DNA of 64,000 nucleotides from Squalus acanthias. Taxonomy: Eukaryota. This document shows positions 1 through 12,801 of this stretch, one piece after another. A program made the position numbers and the translations under genes. The stretch spans positions 153,576,001 to 153,640,000 of the forward strand of contig CM059431.1 in NCBI GenBank assembly GCA_030390025.1, read 5' to 3'. The notes beneath the pieces are model-generated. The model saw only the letters and a program-made list of their open reading frames with translations, ran no database searches and was not told where the DNA came from. The first letter of the stretch is position 1; each line of letters opens with the position of its first letter.

Positions 1-108
1 ATCAAAAATGCAGTGGCCCCGGCACCGACCATTGGCGAACACCACTGTCTATCATCCTGCAGACTGTAAAATATCCATTGACCACAACTCGCTGTTTATT
101 GTCCTTAA
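1..108 (-). mobile_element. CR1 LINE ORF2 (RT) fragment; 3' continuation of the element at 3244-6947
   Basis: Minus strand reads KDNKQRVVVNG...SGVRQWSVPGPLHF and joins directly onto AAWIRKWL at ~3245-3270 once 109-3243 is removed; TTAA at 105-108 and 3244-3247. Confidence 0.8.
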
Positions 109-3100
109 ACAGTGGGGGGGGAGCGGGGGGCGGTCCCGGTGGAGAGAAATCTAGAATGCTAAAGAGAAAAGTCAAGAAATCAGTGCAGGAAAGTGATTGG
201 GGTAAGGACAACCAGATTGTGTCAGGAAGGGACATAGCGTAGAAACAACGTAGTGCACTAAAAAATAGGGTCCGGGTAAGAAAAAATGGTAATAAGACAA
301 ATAGGGACACAGTAAAAAAAATGTTTAAGATGTCTAAAAATGTTAAAAAGACAAATCTAAAGGCACTGTATCTGAATGCACGAAGCATTCGTGATAAGGT
401 AGATAAATTGACAGCGCAAATTGATGTAAATGGATACGATATCATTGCGATTACGGAGACCTGGCTGCAGGGTGACCAAGGTTGGGAGCTGAATATCCAA
501 GGATATTCGATAGTAAGGAAGGAAAGGCTAAAAGGAAAAGGAGATGGGTGGCTTTGTTATTAAAGGATGTAATCAGAGCAATGGTGATAAATGATATTGG
601 CTCAGAAAATCAAGATGTAGAATCTGTCTGGATGGAGCTACGAAGCACTAAGGGGAAGAAAACATTGGTGGGAGTTGTCTATCGGCCTCCAAAGAGTAGT
701 GGTGTTGTAGGGGATGGGATTAAACAGGTAATTATAGATGCATGTAAAAAGGGTACTACAGTAATCATGGGTGACTTTAATCTACATATAGACTGGCCAA
801 ACCAAATTAGCAATAATACAGTGGAGGATGAATTCCTGGAGTGTGTACGAGATGTCTTTTTAGATCAGTACGTTGAGGAGCCAACTAGGTAACAGGCTAT
901 CCTAGATTGGGTATTGTGCAATGAGGAGGGGTTAATTAATAATCGTGTTGTGCAGAGTCCTTTAGGGAAGAGAGACCATAACATGAGGAATTCTTCATTT
1001 AGATGGAATGTGAAGAATTCCAATCCGAAACTAGGGTCCTAACTCGAAACAAAGGAAACTACGAAGGTATGAGGAGTGAGTTGGCTATGATAGATTGGGG
1101 AGCTTCATTAAAAGGCATGCTGGTCGATAGGCAGTGGCTAACATTTAAGGAACGAATGCATGAATTGCAACAGTTATACATTCCTTGCTGGCGCAAAACA
1201 CAAAAGGAAAAGCAGCCCAAACATGGCTAACAAAATAAATTAAGTACAGTATTAGATCCAAAGGGGAGTCATATAAAGTTGCCAGAAAAAGTAGCAATCC
1301 TGGGGATTGGGTGCAGTTTAGAGTTCAGCAAAAATAAATAAGAGATTGATAAAGAGGGGAAAAATAGAGTATGAGAGTAAACTTGCAAGGAACATAAAAG
1401 CAGACTGTAAAAGCTTCTACAAGTATGTAAAAAGAAAAAGATTAGTGAAGACAAATGTAGGTCCCTTACATTCAGACACTGGAGAATTTATAATGGGGAA
1501 CAAGGCAATGGCTGAGCAATTAAACAAATACTTTGGTTCTGTCTTCACGGAAGAGGACAAAAATAACTTCCCAGAAATGCTAGGGAACCAAGGGTCTAGT
1601 GAAAAGGATGATATAAAGGAAATTAGTATTAGCAAAAAAATAGTGCTGGAGAAATTAATGTGACTGAAAGCCGATAATCTGCATCACAGAGTACTGAAAG
1701 AGATAGCCATGGAAATAATGGATGCATTGGTTGTTATCTTCCAAAATTCTATAGATTATGGAACAGTTCCTGAAGATTGGAGGATGGCAAATATAACCAT
1801 ATTATTTAAAAAGGGAGTGAGAGAGAAAACAGGGAACTACAGATCAGTTAGCCTAACATTAGTAGTAGTGAAAATGCTAGAGTCTATTATAAAGGATGTG
1901 ATAATAGGAAACTTGGAAAATATCAACTGGATTAGAAAAAAAAGTTTGGATTTATGAAAGGGAAATCGTGTTTGACAAACCAACTGGAATTTTTTGAGGA
2001 TGTAACTGGTAGAATAGATAAGGGAGAAGCAGTTGTGTGGTGTATTTGGATTTTCAGAAGGCCTTTGATAAAGTCCCACATAAGAGGTTAGTGTGCAATA
2101 TTAAAGCACATGGGTTTGGGGGTAATATACTGGCATGGATTGAAAATTGGTTAACAGCCAGGAAACAGAGAGTAGGAATAAATGTGTTTTTTTCGGGGTG
2201 GCAGGCGGTGACTAGTGGGGTACCGCAGGGATCAGTGCTTGGGTCCCAACTATTCACTATATTTATCAATGATTTGGATGAGGGAACCAAATGTAATATT
2301 TCCAAGTTTGCTGACGACACGAAACTAAGGGGAATTGTGAGTTGTCAGGAGGAGGCAAAGAGGCTTCAAGGCGATTTAGACAAGTTGAGTGATTGGACAA
2401 ATACATCGCAGATGCAGTATAACGTGGATAAATGTGAAGTTATCCACCTCGGTAGGAAAAACAGAAAGGCAGAGTATTATTTAAATGCTGATAGATTGGG
2501 AAATGTTGATGTACAGAGGGACCTGGCTGTCCTTGTACACCAATCACTGAAAGCAAACATGCAGGTGCAGCAAGCAGTTAGGATGGCAAAAGGTGCGTTG
2601 GCTTTCATTGCAAGAGGATTTGAGTACAGGAGCAAGGATGTGTTACTACAGTTATACAGGGCCTTGGTGAGACCACACCTGGAGTGCTGTGTGCAATTTT
2701 GGTCTCCTTACACAAGAAAGGATATACTTGCCATAGAGGGAGTGCAGCGATGGTCCACCAGTCTGATTCCTGGGATGGGTGGACTGTCGTATGAGGAGTG
2801 ATTGGATCGAATAGGCCCGTATTCACTAGAGTTTAGAAGAATGAGAGGGGAGTCATTGAAAAGTATACAATTTTGACATGGCTTGTCAGACTGGATGCAG
2901 GGAGGATGTTTCCCCTGTTTGGGATGACTGGAATGAGGGGTCACAGTCTCAGGATACGGGGCAGGATATTTAGGACTGAGATAAGGAGAAATTTCTTCGC
3001 TCAGAGGCTGGTGAAGATACGGAATTCTCGACCACAGAAGGCTGTGGAGGCCAAGTCACTGAATATATTGAAGAAGGAGATAGATAGATTTCTAGACACA

Positions 3101-3243
3101 AAAGGCATCAAGGGGTATGGGGAGAGAGCGGGAATATGGTATTGAGATAGAGGATCAGCCATGATCATATTGAATGGCAGAGCAGGCTCGAAGGGCCGAA
3201 TGGCCTACTCCTGCTCCTATTTTTCTATGTTTCTATATTTCTA
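109..3243 (+). mobile_element. CR1 LINE, 5'-truncated, decayed ORF2 (APE endonuclease + RT) and 3' tail
   Basis: LKALYLNARSIR, ITETW, GVVYRPP, MGDFN (APE); [29 protein letters not shown] (RT); multiple stops/frameshifts; 3' hairpin and TTTCTAT tail ending ~3243. Confidence 0.95.
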
Positions 3244-6200
3244 TTAAGCCACTTCCTTATCCAAGCTGCCACTGACCCAACTATTCCATGAGCCACAATT
3301 TTGTTAACCAGCCTTCTATGTGGTACTTTGTGAAACGCCTTCCGAAATCCCTGTAGACAACATCCATTGCATTCCCTTCATCAATCCTCTCTGTTACTTC
3401 ATTAAAAATTCAATTACATTAGTCAAACACGATCTTCCTTTTACAAACCTGTGTTGTCTCTCCATAATTAGCTTAAACCTCTCCAAATGCTCGTTACTTT
3501 TTCCCTTGATTATTGTTTCTAAAATTTTACCCACCACTGAAGTTAAACTGACCGGCCTGTAGTTATTAGAATTGTCCTTACACCCTTTCATTGAACAATG
3601 GTGTCACATTTTCCACTTTCCTATCCTCAGGCACCTCCCCCGTATCTAGGGAAGATTGGAAAATTATGGCAAGCCCTTCCGCTATCTCCTCTCCAAATTC
3701 CCTTCGCAACCTGGGATGCAAGCCATCTGGAGCAGGCTACTTGTCCACTCTAAGCATACCCAGCCTTTCTAGTACATCCTGTCTATCAATTTTCTTCCCC
3801 TTCCATTGCTTCTACCTTTTCCACATCTACTGATATTTTTTCAGCATCCATCTCCTCAGTAAACACCGATACAAAGTACTCGTTTGTCTTCCCTTGGCCT
3901 GCGCCTCTAAGCATCTATCACCTTCTTTGTCCCGAATAGGCTCCACCCCGCCTCTTACTACCCGCTTACTGTTTACATGCAGGGAGAAGATTTCTGAGTT
4001 TCCTTTTATGTTAACCGCCATTCTAATCTCATATTCTCTCTTTGCCAATCTTATTTTCATCTTCATATCCCCTCTCAACATATTGTATTTGGACTGGTTC
4101 TCCCTTGAAGAATTCACCTGACATGCATCATACACCCTCTTTTTTTGTTTCATCATCTTCTCTATCTCCCTCGTCATACAAGGAGCCCTTGCATTGGTTT
4201 CCTTACCCTTCCCTCTTGTTGGAATGTACCTAGCCTATTGGAACATCTCCTTAAAGATCGCCCATTGTTCTATTACTGTTTTTCCTGTCAGTCTTTGGTT
4301 CCATTTTACCCTGGCTAGATCCTTTCGCATCCTATTGAAGTTAGCCCTATTCCAGTTTAGATGTTCGACTCCAGATTGTTCCTGGCTCCTCTCCATTGCT
4401 AATCTAAATCTTATGATACGATGATTACTCGTACCCAAGTGTTCTCCCACAGACACTTGATCGAAGTGGCCCAACTCATTCCCCAGCACCAGATCCAGCA
4501 TTGCCTCCTTCCTACTTGGGCCAAGAACATATTGGTCAATGAAATTCTGCTGAACACATTTCAGAAATTCCTCCCCCTCCTTTCCCTTTAACCTAGAATT
4601 ATCCCAATTTATATTTGGGTAATTAAATTCCTCCGATATCACCACTCTATAGCTCTTGCATATCTCTGCGATTTCCCTGCAGAATTACTCCTCTACCTTC
4701 CTCTCACTATTTGGAGGCCAATAGAATAGCTCCAATTGCGTGATCATAGCTTTTTTGCTCTTCAACTCCAACCAAATGGATTCTGTCCTTGTCCCCTCAA
4801 GAGCATCCTCCCTTGCCAACACTACAATGGGCTGTATTTCCCGATCGGAGACCTCTTGCGTGAGGAGGACTCCGATCTGGAAAAATCTACGAACTTACCT
4901 GAGGGCTCACGGGGCGCCTACACTTCCGATCCTGGGCCTCCCAAACTCCAAGTGCGCAGGGTGTTATGTATCCCAGAGGCACACGCGGTGCGCAAGCATC
5001 TCTGGGATCACATGGGCCAGTCCAGCCAATGGAAGAAGGGAATCTCCCTTCATACACTTGACAGATAGACCTGTCAAATATATGAATGGAGATCAATGAA
5101 AAAACATAGTAAAACTTTAAATACATTTTTAAACATCATTTTGTTTAAATTGGCTGAAATTACAATAAATATAATTTTTTGAACATTATAGTTAAATATT
5201 TTTATGGGGCGAAAAATAAATTTACCTTTCTTTAAAGTATTTTTAAATGATGACTGACTGAAAACATTTTTTTGTTTTACTTTTTTCAACTCTTATCCAG
5301 GTTAAATCAGCCCTGACGCCTGCTTTTACCAGGCGTAAGAATTCTAAGGGTTTTCTGCGGGCGTTGGGTCTCCAGAAAGCGCAACTATCCGGCTGCAGAG
5401 GCCCTTCTCTGGGGCAAACATCCAATCTGTCAAGAGCATTCTTGACAGATCGGAAACTCCTGTTTTCAGCGCATTCACTATGCATGCCTGAAGCGGCATT
5501 TCTGATGTCCCTGCGGGTGGGTACACAGCACGTACCCACCCGCAGGCATCGGAATATCCGGGCCATTGTCTTCCTTAATCAGCACTGCCACCCACCTCCC
5601 TTTTTTCTTCCCGATCTTTTCTGAACATCTTGTACCCTTGAATATTAAGTGCCCAGTCCTCACCGTTATTAAGCCACGTTTCCATTATTGCCACCACATC
5701 ATATTGCCACACAGCTGATTCTGCTTGAAGCTCACCAACCTTATTCACCAAACTTTGTTGCTTTTACGTACATGCATATTAAACACAATTTTGAATTTTT
5801 CGTAGTCTTTCTTTGTCTGCTCCTATCTAATATGGTACTACTACCGCCTCTAATACTGTTTTCTCTAGACTATCCAACACACTCACTCTTTTATGCACCT
5901 TATTCCTCTTTTCTACTCCTATATGCTGGTGCCCATACCCCTGCCAGGTTAAGTTAAACCCTCCCCAACAGCACGAACAAACCTCCTCGCGAGATCCCTC
6001 TTTCTGCCTGTGTCGTTGGTTGCGATATGGACAACGACCTCTGGCTGTTCACCCTCCCCCTTCAGAGTGTCCTGCAGCCCCCCAGTGACATTATTGACCC
6101 TGGCACCAGGGAGGCAACATACCATCCTGGAGTCATGTCTAAGGCCACAGGAACGCCTGTCTGCTCCACTAATAATTGAATCCACTGCGACTATTGCTCT

Positions 6201-6947
6201 CCCATTGTTATTCCTGCCCCTCTGTGCAGCTGAGCCACCCGTGGTGCAGTGGACTTGACTCTGGCTGCACTCCCCAGAGGAACCATCGCCCTCACCGGTA
6301 CTGGTTGGAGAGTGCGGTGCACTCCAGAGACTCCAGCACTATCTGCTAGGTCCTCCTGTTCAGTCTGGCGGTCACCCATTCCCTCTCTGCCTACATACTC
6401 TTAAGCTGCGGGGTGACCACCTCTAGAAATGTACAATCCACATAACTCTCAGCTTCGTGGATGTACCGCAGTGACTCCAGCCGCCGCTCAAGCTCCGAAA
6501 CCCGGAGCGCGAGTAGCTGTAGCTGGCGACACTTCCTGCGCATGTGGTCGTCCAGGCTACGTGAAGCATCCAGGACTTCCCACATGGCACATGATGTGAA
6601 CTCCACGGGACTGAGCTCCACACATTGCCTCTATTGAATAGACTCAGATCTAACCCAGCAGAACCCAGCAGAAATAAAATTAAAAATAACAAAAAACACT
6701 CCCCAGCTACTCACCAATCAGCTCTTTCCCTCTATTTAATAGGCTATGAACTAACTTAGCAGAAATAAACTTATGAACTTAACATATACACCTACCAGCT
6801 ACTCACCAATCAGCTCTTTCCCTTTTGCCGATGTCACATTTTTTACTCTGACGTCACTTTTTCAAATACTGCCTCTGTTGAGTTGCTGCCGCTCTTTATA
6901 ACTGCTCCGCTCTCGCTGTACTCGCTCCACGTCCACTCCTTCCGGTC
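3244..6947 (-). mobile_element. CR1 LINE 5' portion (5'UTR, ORF1 zinc-finger/esterase, decayed ORF2), interrupted by a MITE
   Basis: NYRPVSLTSVVGKILE, FNYPNINW, DSIISGADRR...CCLPGARV (SGNH esterase), SCAMWEV...CRQLQLL (ORF1 N-terminus). Confidence 0.9.
4829..5564. mobile_element. Non-autonomous TIR element (MITE-like, 736 bp) inserted in CR1
   Basis: Imperfect TIRs GGGCTGTATTTCCCGAT / ATCGGAATATCCGGGCC, flanks AAT and ATT, CR1 sequence resumes on both sides, AT-rich core, internal hairpins. Confidence 0.7.
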
Positions 6948-8440
6948 TCAATTGTCGGGGCCCATCGCCTTTGCCGTATCGAGTGCGCGCAGCCGTTTCA
7001 TGATATCACGTGGCGTGAATCGAATTGGCTGAAGACTGGTTTCTGTGATGGTGTGGACCTCAGGAGGAGGCCGATATGGATCATCCACTCTGCACTTCTG
7101 GCTGAAGATGGTTGTAAACGCTTCAGCCTTGTCTTTTGCACTCACGTTCTGGGCTCCACCATCATTGAGGATGGGGATATTCATGGAGCCTCCTCCATTG
7201 TTTAATGGTCGACCACAATTCACGACTGGATGTGGCAGAACTGCAGAGCTTTGATCTGATCCGTTGATTGTAGGATTTCTTAGCCCTGTCTGAAGCATGC
7301 TGCTTCCGCTTTTTAACATGCACGTAGTCCTGTGTTGCAGCTTCCCAAGGTTGGCACATCTGTTTTGGATACGCCTAGTGCTGCTCCTGCCATGCTCTTC
7401 TACACTCTTTATTGAAGCAGGGTTGGTCCCCTGGCTTGACGGTAATGGTAGTGTGAGGGAAATGCCCAGTCATGAGTTTATAGTTTGTGGTGGAATGCAA
7501 TTCTGCTGCTGCTAATGGCCCACAGCGCCTCATGGATGCCCAGATTTGAGCTGCTAGATCTGTTCTGAATCTATCCCAATTAGCACGGTGGTAGGGCCAC
7601 AACACGATTGTGAAAAAGGGACTACGTCTCCACAATGACTGTGCGGTGTTCACTGCTACCAAATCTGTCATGGACAGATGCATCTGCAACAGTTAGATTA
7701 GTGAGTACGAGGTCAAGCAGGTTTTATCCTCGTGTTAGTTCTATCACCACCTGTCGCTGGCCCAGACTGGCAGCTAAATACTTAAGGACACGACAAGCTT
7801 GGCCATTAGTGGGGGACCCGCGCCACTCTTCGTGATGGAATTTGACGTCCTGCACCCAGAGCACATTCTGTGCCCTTGCTACTGACAGTGCTTCTTCCAA
7901 GTGGTGTTCATCATGGAATATGACTCTTTGAGTATGATTATGTCAGTCTTTTGCTTGACGAGTCTGTGGGACAGCTCTCCCAATTTTGGCACAATTCCCC
8001 AGATGTTGGTGATGAGGACTTTGCAGGGTCGACCGGGCTGGGTGTGCCGTTGTCGTGTCCGTAGCTGGTGCCGAGGTCGATGCCAGGTGGTTCTTCCGGT
8101 TTTATTCTTCTTATTGTGTTTCGTAGTGGTTTGTTATAACTGAATGGCTTGCTGGGCCATTTCAGAGGGCAGTATAGAGTCAACCACATTACTGTGTGTC
8201 TGGACTCACATATTGGCTGGACCAGGTAAGGACGGAAGATTTCCTTCCCGAAAGGACATTCGTGAACCAGATGGGTTTTTACGACAATCCGATGGTTTCC
8301 ATTACAGATACTAGCTTATTTTCCAGATGTATTTAATTAACTGAATTTCAATTCCCCAGCAGCCGTGGTGGGATTTGAACTCACATCACTGGATCATTAG
8401 TCCTCGCCTCTGGATTACTAGCCCAGTAAAATTACCAATA
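6948..8440 (-). mobile_element. CR1/L2-group LINE fragment with tRNA-like (SINE-like) 5' head
   Basis: QPIRFTPRDIMKRLRALDTAKAMGPDN and ANWDRFRTDLAAQ; APE start near 7920-8030; B-box-like GAGTTCAAATCCC on the minus strand near 8370-8383. Confidence 0.75.
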
Positions 8441-8444
8441 TGTT

Positions 8445-9540
8445 AAAAGTTATCCTACTATAACATTACTGGCCTATTCCCTACTTTAACATTTCTACTG
8501 TTGACCCTACTCTACATTTACTGCTGGTGTTGATCCTACTCTAACATTACTGGTGTTCACCCTACTCTAATATCACCGGCGGTGACTCGACTCTGACCTT
8601 ACTGATGGTGACTCTACTCCAACGTTACTGGTGGTGACCCGACTCTAACATTATTGATCATGGGCAACACGGTGGCATAGTGGTTAGCACTGTTGCCTAA
8701 CAGCGCCAAGGACCCGGGTTCGAATCCGGCCTAGGATGACTGTCTGTGTGGAGTTTGCACGTTCTCCCCTTGTCTGCGTGGGTTTCCTCCGGGTGCTCCG
8801 GTTTCCTCCCACAGTCCAAAGATATCCGGGTTCGGTTGATTTGGCTATGATAAATTGACCCTTAGTGTTAGAGGGATTAAATACGTGGGGTTACGGGGAT
8901 AGGGTGGGATTTGTGTCGGTGCAGGCTCGATGGGCCGAAATGGCCTCTATCTGCACTGTGGGGATTCTGTGATTCTGTGATGACTCAGCACTAACACTAC
9001 TGGGGCTGTAGCCTAATCTAACGTTAGTGGAAGTCACCCTACTGCAACATTACTGTTTGGAACTGCATTATAACAAGTTCTGGTCAGTACTCGGACTTAA
9101 AAATATTAGAGATGTTCCTACTACAAAATTACTGGTGATAACTCTACTCTAACAATACAGGTGGTGACCCTAATCTGACATCACCGGTGGTGAATTTACT
9201 CTAACATTACTGGCCTTTATTCCTTCTATTTCATTATTGTTCCTGACACTAATCTGACACTGTTCTTGCTTACACTACCCTAACATTACAGGTGTTGATT
9301 GTATTCTAACATCAATGGTGGTGACCTATTTTAACATCACCGGTGGAGATTCAACTCTAAAATGATTGATTGTGAGCCCCATCTAACATAACATGTGGTG
9401 ACTCTAATTTAACATTAACGGTGTTGAACCTACGAGAACATTACTGTTGATGACCCTACTCTATGGTTATTGATGATGACTCCACGCTCACAATAATGGC
9501 GAGGACAAGTCTCTGACATTTCTGTTGGTGACCTCTCCAA
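8445..9540 (+). repeat. Degenerate 26-bp minisatellite (CTACTCTAACATTACTGGTGGTGACC)
   Basis: Repeated CTCTAACATTACTGGTG units; reverse complement of the array at 10530-12375. Confidence 0.85.
8662..8980 (+). mobile_element. V-SINE (HE1-like), tRNA-derived, with CR1-type tail
   Basis: A box TGGCATAGTGG, B box GGTTCGAATCC, V domain TGTGTGGAGTTTGCACGTTCTCCCC...GGGTTTCCTCCGGGTGCTCCGGTTTCCTCCCAC, tail GATTCTGTGATTCTGTGA. Confidence 0.9.
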
Positions 9541-9544
9541 GTTA

Positions 9545-10530
9545 CGGCAGCATAATGGTTATGTTGCTTGACTGGTAATCCAGAGAGCGGGACTAATAAT
9601 ACGAAGATGTGAGTTCCAAACCCGAGCCTCCCCATGGCAATCTGGGAATTTCAATGCAGTCAGTTAAATAAATCTCCAATAAAATGAAAGTATCATGCAT
9701 GATGTACATGAAACTATCGATTATTGTAGAAAGGCAAGTTGTTCACTAATGGATAGTAGGGAAGAAACCTGCCATCCTTTGCCTGTAAGGTCTATATGTG
9801 ACACTTAATTATCTTCTGAAATGCCCAAAGAAGCCACTCATTTGTATCAACGCGCTCTAAATGAGTATAATAAGAATAAAATTGGACGGATCGGGTTCGG
9901 ACACGACAAAGGCACAAACCACCCATTCGACCCTGCAAATTCCTCATCACTAACATCTGGGGACTTGTGCTAAAATTAGCTGAGCTACCCCACAGACTAG
10001 TCCAACAGCAGCCTGACATGGTCATACTGACAGAATCATATCTTTCAGCCAATGTCCCAGTCTCTTCCATCTCCATCCCTGGATCTATCCTGTCCCACCA
10101 GATGTGGCGGTACTCCAGTTTATAATCGGGTCGGAGTGGCCCTGAGAGTCCTCAACATTTATTTCGAACTCCATGATGTCTCGGGGCAACAGGTCAAACA
10201 TGGGCAAGGAAAGCTCCGACTGATTAACAACCGCCCTCCCTAAGCTGATGAATCAGTCCGCCTCCTTGGAAGAAGCACTGCGGTTAGCGAGGACGCAGAA
10301 TGTACACTGGGTCGTGGACTTCAATGTCCATCACCAGGACCGGCTCGTTAGCACCAATAAAGTACAAAACTGCCAGATTGGGCGTGCGGGAGTGGGTGAG
10401 AAAACCCACACAGGGGAAAACCCAGTTGACTTCCTCCTGATGCATCTGTGCTTGAAAGAATTTATAGGAGTGATCACGCACAATCCTTGTGGAGACGAGG
10501 CCCGTAGTCACACCGAGGTCACCCTATCCC
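9545..10530 (+). mobile_element. Second copy of the tRNA-headed LINE 5' region (APE endonuclease fragment)
   Basis: Homologous to 7700-8440 in reverse; LTNIWGLVLKLAELPHRLVQQQPDMVILTESYL; VVDFNVHHQD. Confidence 0.75.
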
Positions 10531-12375
10531 CAGTAATGATAGAATAGAGTCAACACCAGTAATGTTAGTATAGTGTCAACACCAGTAATGTTCGTATAGT
10601 GTCACTATCAGAAAAGTTAGAAAAGAGCCACCAACAGTAACGTTAGAGTAGAGTCACCACCAGCAACGTTGTAGTAGATTCGCCTCCAGTAATGCTAGAG
10701 CAGTGTGACAATCAATAATATTAGACGATGGTCACTACCAGTTATATACCAGTACAGTCGCCTCCAGTAATGTTAGAGTAGGGTCATCACCAGTACTGTT
10801 AGATTCGAGTCACAACCAGTAATGTTAGAGTAGGGTCATCACCAGTATTGTTAGATTAGAGTCAGCACCAGTAATGTTAGAGTAGGGTCATCACCAGCAC
10901 TGTTAGATTAGAGTCACCACCAGTAATGTTAGAGTAGGGTCATCACCAGTATTGTTAGAGTAGAGTCAGCATCAGCAACGTTTGAGTAGGGACAACAGCA
11001 GTAAGGTTAGAGTAGGGAATCCACCAGTAATGTTAGACAAGTGTCATCACCAGTAATATTAATGCAGATTCAGCACCAGTAATGTTAAAATAGAGTCTAC
11101 ACCAGTACTGTTACACATGGATCACCACTAGTAATTTTCGTGTAGATTCAGCACCAGCATTAATAGAGTAGAGTCACCACCAGTAATGTTCGAGAAGGGT
11201 AAACATCAGCAATGATAGAGTAGAGTCACCATCTGTAATGTTAGAGAAGGGTCTCCACCAGTAATGTTAGACTATTTTCATCACCAGTAATATTAGAGTG
11301 AGGTCAGGACGAGTAATGTTATAGTAGAGCCACCACCAGTAAAGTTAGAGAAATGTCATCACAAGTAATGTAAGACTGGGATCACCAGCAGTAATGTTAG
11401 AGTCGAGTCACCAACAGTTTGGTCAATGCAGGATCACCACCAGTAATGTTAGAATAGGGTCACCACCAGTAATGTTAGAGTAGGATCACCATCAGTAATG
11501 TTAGAGTCTGGTCACCAACAGTAATGTTAGAGTGCAGTCACCACCAGTAACGTTAGATTAGATTCCGTTGCGTTAATGTTAGAATAGGGTCACCACCAGT
11601 AATGTAAGAGTAGAGTCGCCACCAGTACTGTTAGAGTAGAGTCACCACCAGTAACGTTAGAGTAGAATCACCATCAGTTATGTTAGAGTAGGGTCACCAG
11701 CAGTAATGTTAGAGTGCAGTCACCACCAGTAACGTTAGATTAGATTCCGCAGCGTTAATGTTAGAATAGGTTCACCACCAGTAATGTTAGAGCAGATTAA
11801 ACTCCGGTCTCTTCTTCTTCTTCTTCTTAGGCAGTCCCTCGGAAACGACGATGACTTGCTTCCACGTTAAAATTGAGTTCTCAGATGACTGATGTGACCA
11901 ATGCGGGACCTACAGTCTCTGTCACAGGTGGGGCTGACGGTGGTTGAACGGGCGGGTGGGTGGGGTGCTTGGGTTGACGTGCACTCCTTGTGCTGCTTGC
12001 GCTTGGCTTCCGCTTGCTCCCGGCGAAGAGGCTAGAGGTATTCAGCGCCTTCCCGGATGTTAGAGTGCTGTCACCAGCTGTAAGGCAAGAGTAGAGTTAC
12101 CACCAGTAATGTTCAAGGTGGGTCACTACCAGCAATGTTAGAGGAGGATCATCACCATTAATGTTAGTATAGGGTCTCCATCAGTAATCTTATGTTGAGT
12201 TATGACCAGTAATGTTAGTGTAGGTTCACCACCAGTAATATTAGAGTAGAGCCATCACCATTAATGTTAGATGATGGCCACCACCAGTAATATTAGTTTT
12301 GGATTACCAGTAGTAATATTAGAGAAGGGTGACGACCAGTAATGTCAGGGCAGAGATATCAACAGTAACGTTAAA
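10530..12375 (-). repeat. 26-bp minisatellite (CAGTAATGTTAGAGTAGGGTCACCAC) with 52-bp and 182-bp higher-order units
   Basis: Clear 26-bp period; alternating dimer at ~10765-10960; block at 11521 repeated at 11703. Confidence 0.92.
11810..12058 (-). mobile_element. RTE-clade LINE 3' end
   Basis: Minus strand encodes ...PTCDRDCRSRIGHISHLRT (RTE C-terminal Cys/His motif) then GAGGGACTGCCT and an (AAG)n tail. Confidence 0.8.
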
Positions 12376-12679
12376 GCATTACTTATGTAATGGATCAGAG
12401 AAGATTTCACCAAATTATGTGAGGCTCTAAGAAGCTAACACAGGGACTTGGAGAGATGCTCCCTTCAGGGATCACATGACGGGCGCAGAGCACATTCCAT
12501 CTGGGATTACCTCCCTTTCTTTGATTTAAATGGACGGAGTTTCATGGACTGAGCTGTTCAATTTCCCCATTGGTGGACCGGACGCACTGTAGCGGAAAAT
12601 AGCCCCTTGTTTGTTAAGTGACTGTAACTAAGTTCAATTATTGTGTAACCTGGTTTGCTCACCGGGGGATGGATTGTTC

Positions 12680-12685
12680 TATAAA
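12680..12685 (+). promoter_or_regulatory. Putative TATA box of the GPCR gene
   Basis: TATAAA ~80 bp upstream of ATG 12763; reverse CCAAT (ATTGG) near 12568. Confidence 0.45.
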
Positions 12686-12801
12686 GGGGGAGCATTTACG
12701 GATCTCGGATTCAATCCAGTCGGAACTGTAAAGCTGGACAGTATTCACACAGTCTTCTAAAAATGGCACGGCCAATAATTCTACAGATAAAGGACATATA
12801 C

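Noticed and set aside
8662..8735. tRNA gene
   Set aside because: tRNA-derived head of a V-SINE, continuing into the V domain and LINE tail
8445..12375. Regularly spaced repeats resembling a CRISPR array
   Set aside because: Head-to-tail units with no unique spacers, no cas genes, and a vertebrate context
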